64,000 bases of DNA from Eledone cirrhosa (taxonomy: Eukaryota), in contig OZ024742.1 in NCBI GenBank assembly GCA_964016885.1, positions 264,244,001-264,308,000 on the forward strand, read 5' to 3'. Each line of letters opens with the position of its first letter. Positions within the stretch are counted from its first letter, which is position 1. This document shows, one piece after another, positions 53,141-64,000 of the stretch. Below the pieces are notes generated by a model. That model worked only from the letters and a program-made list of their open reading frames with translations, did not search any database and was not told where the DNA came from. Made by a program: the position numbers and the translations under genes.

Positions 53141-56100
53141 TTTGTTGTTACTTTGTACAAATACATTTCACTTCATTCATAAATTGCAACACATAATCGG
53201 ATGCTCCCATGTGACTTTTTCGGTATTGTGTGCAACAATAACAACGTAAATGTTATACAAAAATACTATTTTTCAATGTTTTTTATGACTTCCACACTTT
53301 AGACTCGAAGCCCTTCCGAGCATGAATCGCTTTGCAGTGTGGACTGCAGTTTTCATTGAGTGATTGTCTACCACTGCTAAAGTGTGTCCCCATGTACTGA
53401 ACCAGTTTATATTTAGAGTTAATGATCTTTTTAATGAGTAGCGTTTACTATAAACCTGTGGTGTCTCTTTAATACAGAATGGTATTTATTTATTTTTACA
53501 CTGCATTTAATGACTTTCAATTGTAATTTCCAAATTAGCTATGTTCTTTCTGGTTCTGTGAAGTTCAGCTTCTCATGGTTGGTTTTGAGGCAGTTATTTC
53601 TATAAGCATGCATCTGATTAATCAAAGGTAGAAGCCTACATTTATAATCTATATCCTTCTCATTAGTTTGCCATATATACTTTCTTTTGCTTTTACCTTA
53701 AACATCACTCTGAACAACTGGTTACCTATTATTTTGCATAATTCTTTTCTCTGTCCTAGATCATTACGTCTGATCAGTTGCGCTTACGTTTTAAAGAGGT
53801 TTTGACAGGAACATTCCATCAGTATTTGTTCAAACTATGAGTGAGTATGCCTTCTACACCACTGACTTATCTTATTTCAATATTTAAACTATATATGTGT
53901 TTGTATGAATTTATATATCTGTATGTATGTTTGCATGTATAGATATATGTAGTGGTAGCGGTGTTGATCGTTTCTAGTTCTTATAATTTAGTTTACAGTA
54001 TATTATTGACACTGAACAAAATTTCTTCAATTGCGTGTCTCTATTTCAAATATGTCTGTCAATTTCAAATTATGTTGAAAGTCAAGTCATTTTCTTATAT
54101 GGTCCTTCTTGCTTCAAATACATACTATTTTCTGTCTATGTCTCCTGTTATCTGGCCACCAATTCGCTATATATCACATATATTGTTACTATAACCACAG
54201 TAATAAGGGTGGTCTAGTTTCTATAGCCAGTAAAAGTCTCTCACAGATAAGTGAAGTTGATGTGGGTGATGTTCAGCATAAATGTTGATGCTTGTACGAA
54301 CATGTGAGCTGCGAGGATGTTTCAGAGTGCTACATCACTGAAGAGAAAGAATTACTTGGGAGGGGAAGTATTTAGAACGGAGATTTGGGGAATGATGCAT
54401 AGTAGGATTGATGGTTCAAAGGAACAGAAATCACTATAGTATCAGAAAACTATTAAATATCCATTCTTAAATATCTACATGAAATAGTTCATTTGATGTC
54501 CCCTAATATGAAACTCATAGCTGTACATTCACAAACCAATCAATAATGGATACACAAACAAACTGGTAGCCACAACTGTCTATGAATTCAACCAAAGAAT
54601 AAATAGCCAATTCTACATCAACAGACATATAGTCTGCTGTGAAAAATCTCATTAATATTCAGTTTAAAATTGATGAAAGATTTTCAAAGAGGATAATTAA
54701 ATAAATCATATTATACATCAATACTAACATCCAATTAAAAATTTAAAACTAGGGCACGTTTCAAGTAGAAGCAAATATACTGAAATTAAAATCAACACTC
54801 ATATAATAAACATGCTAAATGAATTCCAATCACACAGCCATAGTATATCCAGTGCTAAAATAGGACAAATTATATCATTATGTCGTAGCAGAACGCAATA
54901 TGAATCAAATCATGCTTATAAGAAATGTCAAACAAAAGTAAACAATGTAGATACAAATATATCTGCTCACATGATAGTTGCCAGTATTCTACTGAATCAT
55001 TTATTGATGCAATATACACAACTGACAATGTATCATTATAGACCTCCAATATGAGAAGGCGAACGGGTTAGTTGCCCCAACTTTGATCAGGCTTTACATG
55101 GAAGAACGGGAGAGAGGCTCTAAGGAGTGTTAGGACTTTCTGTTATTTATTTCCAAAGCATGGTAAGTTCCTCAAGCTAGCGTCACTTTGAGTTAAGTTG
55201 CTAAGAACAACGGATCACTGTAAAGAGTTACGTGTTAAGATAAGTCGCTGTATATGAACTAATATGATTTTTTTATTTACAGCCACGTAAAAGATCACTT
55301 TACTTCTGTACAAGATTCCATTCTGATATATCTTCTGTCTTTGATCCAGTTATTTATCATGTTGGAAGACGTAATACCATAATATATGAAATATTAAAGT
55401 AGTAGTTCAAAAGTATTGATATGACGTTTGCTGCACTACTGAAATTATATACTAAGATTTTATTTCACCGCATTGTGATTTTATAAGAAAATACCGCTTT
55501 TACTGCTACTTTTACATTTCCTTGTGCTACATTGATACTAGAGTCACGATATCATGCTTTTAGATCGAGTTGTTATTTTTGCATTGATGTGATGTGTAAC
55601 AAAAGCTAAATACAATGATAGAATGATTTCTGTATCAACGGAAGCAACACAACACACATGCAGAAATACTGCCAACGATTTAGTGTCTGTGATGTTGGAA
55701 CAGCCCTGTGGCCCGTCACGAGCCTCCTCTGATACTTCGGTCAGATGAGAATCCCCCCACCAAGAAACAAATTACTTCATGGTTAGTGGTTCAGCACCTC
55801 CAAACATCTCAATGTCGCTGTTTGAAATCTGTAGTGTACTGTAGTGTCAGATGTTTGTGCCATAAGATTATGATTTTCTTTCGTGTGCAATTTTGCTATC
55901 ATTTAGCATACTGTAAGGTTGCGCACCACGCTCTTTGATTAACTATTGTGTTTAATTATGCGACAACACTTTCTCCCCTCACCCCTCTCTTCCTGCCCGC
56001 TCTCCCAAGCTTGCTAACGCATTCTCAGCTACGAGTCCCCAATTCCCGACCCCTCTTATTCTTTCATCCCTCGGTTTCCAAAGAGATAAAACAAGTTAAG

Positions 56101-56299
56101 TCGGATCATTCGTCTATACTTTTAATTTTGGACGGAAATCTGTTTATAGTTTTCTCTTTCCTGCATTACTACATGCACAACTTACCTGTATTGTTTCTTA
56201 TCTTGTTTCCAGTCGAAAGCCATATTTTATTTGTTTATGTACTCGTTTCACTGTCCTAGCTGAAATACGTTTTCCACATATCGTCATGTTGTATTATCT

Positions 56300-56485
56300 C
56301 GGTGAATTGGCAGTATCGGTAGAAGGTCGGACGCCATGCTTTGACGCATAGAGTTACGGCCCTTGCCATTCTGAGTTCAAATCCCGTCGAGGTTAACTTC
56401 GCCTTTCATCCTTACGGGGTCGATCAAATAAAGTACCAGTAATGCACTGGGTAATTGCTGGCCTTGTGCCGAAAGAAGAAACAAT
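56300..56485 (+). mobile_element. SINE (dominant family)
   Basis: A and B boxes; TSD-like ATTATCTC / ATGATCTC. Confidence 0.9.
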
Positions 56486-56679
56486 GATCTCATATACATA
56501 TTTCTAGAAAACCTGTTCAGATGAAGCTCGATCGCAATATTATGCACTCCCACCTTTATGCACCAGGAGTACTCGATGAGGAAGATATCTTCTTATGTTC
56601 GTTTCTACTGTGAAGTTCATTTTTCTGTGTGGAACTTACACACACACACACATATATATATATATTATATACATACATG

Positions 56680-59363
<2,684 letters not shown>

Positions 59364-59376
59364 TATATGTCTCTCA

Positions 59377-59431
<55 letters not shown>

Positions 59432-59749
59432 GTATTATATAGTGGGGAGAGGGTAGGTGGATAGATAATGTGTGTGTGAGTGTGTGTGACTATTTCTATT
59501 GTTTCTTTGTATGTGAGTGTGTACCTTTGTGTGTGTGTGTGTATTTTCACTTATGTGTCAGATGAGTGTACGTATGCATGCCTCCACGAGTGTATTTGTA
59601 ACTTTCTGTATTGTCTGTAGCGGAATTATTTTGTGTGTATGTATGTGAGGGTAAGTGTATGTATGTTTATGTATGGGTATATCTCTGTGTGAGCATGTGT
59701 GTGTGTGTAAATCTGAATGTAAACGTGTGGTCTGAAAGTGTCGAAGAGT

Positions 59750-60568
59750 GATGTATTTAACGCGATGGGGTAGATGAAGTTGTCAGAGAGGAAATGGTCA
59801 GGTGGGGGTGTGAGGTGTGGTGGCGCACGCAGAGCGGAGGCGAAGATGTCGGGCGGCCGGGGATCGGTTGCCGAACCGGATGTCTCGGAGGGGCTCGGCG
59901 AACCGGGTCCGCCAATCGATGCCCAGTTTGTCCGATATAGACAGCTGCGCATAGCATGCAACACAGCCCGTAGACAAGGCTGGAGGAAATGCAACAGAAA
60001 GAGTTCTGGCCTTGAAAGGATTGGCAGTTGGGCCCACGGAGGGTGGTGGTGTTGGTGATGAAATTGCCAGTGTGGCAGTGTGATCGGGGGCAGCAGAGGG
60101 ATCCGGGAGAGGAATTGGATGGGAGAATGGAGTTGAGGACGAGGAAGTTTCGGTGATTGCGTGCCCGCTTGAAAGGGAAGGGTTTGACCGGAGGCGGCGG
60201 AAGAGTCGGAAAACCGTCCTCAAGAGGGGTAGGGTAGAGTGATGGTAGATAAGGGGGGATGGGAGTCGGTTGGTTGAGGGGGGCGGGGGTGATGTGAGGG
60301 CAGTGGTTCTGTCAACTTCAGGGGCGCCGGTGAGAGCGGCATAGACCAGGAAAGGGTGATAACCTCGTCGAGTGAAGTGCCCAGTCATGGTATGGGCCAG
60401 AGCCTGAAAGTCTGGGATTCGGTGGCATAAGCGTGAAGGCGGAGGAATTGGGAGCTGTGGTGGAGTGTTTTGTGTGGGTAGGGTGGGATGAAGTGAAATC
60501 GAGGTACGAGAGGGGATCAGTTGGTTTAAAGAAGGTGGAGATGGTGAGGGAGTGATTGGAGGTGTCAT
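59750..60568 (-). mobile_element. GC-rich Penelope-like (Neptune-like) RT thumb plus GIY-YIG fragment
   Basis: FKPTDPLSYLDFTSSHP, FTRRGY, LVYGLCCMLCAAVYIGQTGHRLAD, RFAEPLRDIR. Confidence 0.85.
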
Positions 60569-60583
60569 GCATATATATGTGTG

Positions 60584-60624
<41 letters not shown>

Positions 60625-60705
60625 CAAAGGAATTGTGGTAAGGAACCAGATGGACCATAACGCACCAGAGTACTCAATACTTAGGGTAGTAGAGTGGGAA
60701 ATAGG

Positions 60706-60791
<86 letters not shown>

Positions 60792-61137
60792 TGTTCGTGC
60801 GAACGAGGCAGTAGTTAGTGGCACGGACAGACAGAAATGTAGTTGTGTAGGCAAGCACAAACCTCCCACATACCCCCCACACAATATACATATTGTATCC
60901 TACCCACCTGTCACTGTGAACAACCCCCATAGCATTGCTCTACCACCACCACCCTCACCACCACTACTACTACTACTACCACCACCACCACCACCATCAC
61001 TACCAACGTTATCATTAGTTAGGTAACTTGTGAAAACACCTACACAGACATATCTACATGCACATACACATACATAAACAATGAATTTTCCTTCTATCTT
61101 ATTACTTACTCCACCCTGTTCACCATCTGCTGTGTTA

Positions 61138-61636
61138 AATAATTGTTTCTACTTTTGACACAAGGCCAGCAAATACCCAGTGCATTACTGGTACTTTATT
61201 TTTTATCGACCCCGTAAGGATTAAAGGCAAAGTTAACCTCGGCGGGATTTGAACTCAGACTGTAAAGGGACGTAACTATGCTAGAAAGCATGGCGTCCAA
61301 CCCTCTACCGATACTGCCAATTCACCGCCCTTCCAATAAATAATTGTTTCTACTTTTGGCACAATGCCAGCAATTACTCAGTGCATTACTGGTACTTTAT
61401 TTTATCGAGCCCGTAAGGATGAAAGGCAAAGTCAACCTCGGCAGGATTTGAACTCAGATCGTAAAGGGACGTAACTATGCTGGAAAGCATGGCGTCCGAC
61501 CCTCTACCGATACTGCCAATCCAATAAATAATTGTTTCTACTTTAGGCACAAGGCCAGCAATCAACCAGTGCATTACTGGTACTTTATTTTATCGACACC
61601 GTAAGGATGAAAGGCAAAGTCAACAATCCAATAAAT
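61138..61636 (-). mobile_element. Tandem SINE array (two full copies plus one partial)
   Basis: Head-to-tail reverse-complement copies joined by CCAATAAATAATTG. Confidence 0.92.
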
Positions 61637-62164
61637 AATGTCACAGTTTAAGGCAGCGGTTAACCTTGATCACCTCCATAGCCACCACCATCAGAAAGTC
61701 TTATACACTCTATTAATCACCCCCTCTCTCTATATATATCCCACTATTTCTCACTACATATACACAGCAAGAGAGGGAGAGCATAAGAAAAGGTTGTGAT
61801 AGGACTTACCCAATGGGAGAGAGTGATGAGAAATTAAATACAATTTGTTTAGATAAACTAAAGAAATGTAATAAAATGTATGAATAAATAGGGTGGCATG
61901 GGAAGTTTCTTCAGCAAGCCTCACACACATACTCACATATATATGCGCCCGCACGTACACACGCATAGAGAAACATATACCTATGCAGCACACTTTCACA
62001 CGCATATATACACATGCACGCGCACATATATATGTGTGTGTATGTGTGTTGGATGTTCCCTCATAAAAAAGACAAACCCGACATTTAATAAAGTACTCAA
62101 TACATCTGAAATGTAGAGCTTGCATATTTCATTATAACGATTCTACAGCTAATCTCATCTGTAT

Positions 62165-62348
62165 ATATATAAAAGTGAACTGCGATTTTAACGTTCGGAA
62201 TTCGTCTCTAGTATAGGACGCACCCTAATTTTGACAACCAAAAATTTAAAAAAGAAATAATAGACCTTCGACCTCCAGGACGCATGGTAGATTTTTCAGA
62301 GTTATTTTATGAAAAAAGTAGCGTTTTCGACGCCGGGAATACGGCATA
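62165..62348. mobile_element. pogo-like MITE end
   Basis: GCGTTTTCGACGCCGGGAATACGG resembles the reverse complement of the CCGTATTTTCCGGCGTATAAGACGC-type TIR; internal AGGACGCA repeats. Confidence 0.55.
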
Positions 62349-62356
62349 TCTGTATA

Positions 62357-62388
<32 letters not shown>

Positions 62389-62699
62389 ATATGGAAAGCA
62401 TGTTACTGTTCAAGTCTGATAATTTTGTTTTGCTATTTTTCCTATTTTCTTATATTTAGTTTAGATTAATAACGTTCCTAGCTCCATCAGCATTTCTAGA
62501 CTTTCTCAGTCCCATCTTCTCAAGGAAGTTGTTCTTGTTTATCCGCTGGTCTAACCTTAGAGAGTAGATCTATTTCATTCTTTTGGGCTTGTGTAGGATT
62601 ACAGCACCTAATCTGTCTTATCTTAAGGGAAATTGAAAAATATCACATGGTCCACATGACAGGTGTAATGTGTCCGAACACGGAAGAGCGGAACTCCCA

Positions 62700-62825
62700 C
62701 TGTCATCGCCTCCATCTCTCTCTGTATCATGAGCAAATGGGGTCCCACGTGCTGGCCGCCCAACAGCCCCGGCGGACAGAATAGAGAAGGCGTTTCCCCG
62801 GAGGATAGTAAGGGAGATGTGTACT
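62700..62825 (-). mobile_element. CRE-like LINE extreme C-terminus
   Basis: ISLTILRGNAFSILSAG resembles ISIAIQRGNA. Confidence 0.55.
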
Positions 62826-63552
62826 GGGTTCCTGTCATTGTAGCACCAGTGCCAGCGAGGTTTCCTGCTAGATTTAAATAGCCTCGATATTCCAAGTTGT
62901 CTCTGCTCACGGAGATTGATGACAATGGCCATATATCAATCATTGATATCATTTTCCACATTTATGCAACATTTTAATCATACGACATTGGACTAATTCG
63001 GATATCTCAATTATGACACTGTTTACAAATGTGATATGCTGTATTAATATGTGATACCCAAGTATTGGACATTGGGATAATATAAGACAACTGGTATCTT
63101 AATTGTATTATATCTGTTTATTTTGGAAATATTAGAGTGATGTATTAAAACTACAGCCATCACTCGCAATCGAGTATGAGTTGGGAGTAAGTACCATGCA
63201 TTCGTTAAGAGTTTTAGTTGACCATGCAGCCGTGGGCAGACACAGACGCCTTAACGAGATTTGATCCTGGTTACGACAGCTGAAAGGAGAGAGGGCATCA
63301 CTAGCACTGGATTGGTACTTTCTTTATCAACCTCCCAACTCAGAATACAAATACCCAAGACAGATATCCAATGCTCTAACTCTGTCAATTCGACTGCCTA
63401 ATGTGATATATTTTTCCTAATAGTTAACATATTCAACAGTTATTTCAGTGCTTGGGGGTACATAAAAACTAAAAATATTTTTTCCTAATTTAAGGAGAAT
63501 AAAAGTACAATTCGTTTTGTAAGGATTTTGTCATGAAATCGTGTGTTGAAAC

Positions 63553-63976
63553 AGATATTTGGGGAAGTTCATGTTGTCCTAATATTGCCAGAAAATAGTA
63601 AAATACATTCACTGTTTGGTTTGGTTTTCGCTTCAGTTTCAGTATATATATATATATATCTTTATATTTCCATAAATAATTTAGCTGGCGATCAATGTTT
63701 ATCGTTGATTGACCAACCGTTAAAAATATAAATATAAATATAATGTCTCAAAGTTCTTTCGTCACACATTTCTGTGACATCTTCAATGATTATCGCTGTA
63801 TTTCCTTCCGTTATATTTATAACTGTTGGTCAATCAATGATAAACATATATCGGCAGCTAAATTATTTATGGAAATATTTTAAAAATATACCGAATTTGA
63901 AGCGAAAACCAAACAGTGGGTGTGTTTTACTATTTTTGGCAATATTAGAATAACATGACCCTCCCCAAATATAACA
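63553..63976. repeat. Diverged inverted repeat (~170-bp arms), same family as 31605-31985
   Basis: 63553-63731 vs 63811-63976; TGGGGA(G/A)G(G/T)TCAT..AATATTGCCAGAA..CACTGTTTGG shared with 31616-31700. Confidence 0.8.
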
Positions 63977-64000
63977 ATAAAAGTATAATTGACCACAGCA

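Noticed and set aside
56510-56595. CAGATGA...GAAGATATC possible HHR
   Set aside because: Second box is not GAAA and stem I is absent.

Overview
AT-rich eukaryotic DNA packed with microsatellites and transposon relics, most likely from an octopod cephalopod (inferred from the dominant tRNA-derived SINE family; not confirmed by a search). There is no intact protein-coding gene. Most ORFs in the track are microsatellite translations or TE fragments. TE content: Dong/R4, RTE, CR1-like and CRE LINE relics; several Penelope-like elements (PLEs; RT plus C-terminal GIY-YIG with a CxCx5C linker, and one Neptune-like fragment); Helitrons; mariner/pogo relics; about 15 SINE copies. One convincing 27-nt microexon candidate (42467-42493) suggests the window is intronic. 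The main signal is a dense set of about 25 hammerhead-ribozyme (HHR) or HHR-like motifs from roughly a dozen sequence families, all folded by eye. They lie in short PLE pseudo-LTR-type units inserted in (TA)n. Many form near-perfect fold-back palindromes with 60-900 bp arms. They include non-canonical cores, swapped or very large stem II domains, shared 3'-terminal signals, and one HHR captured and re-amplified by a Helitron. Ribozyme activity is untested.
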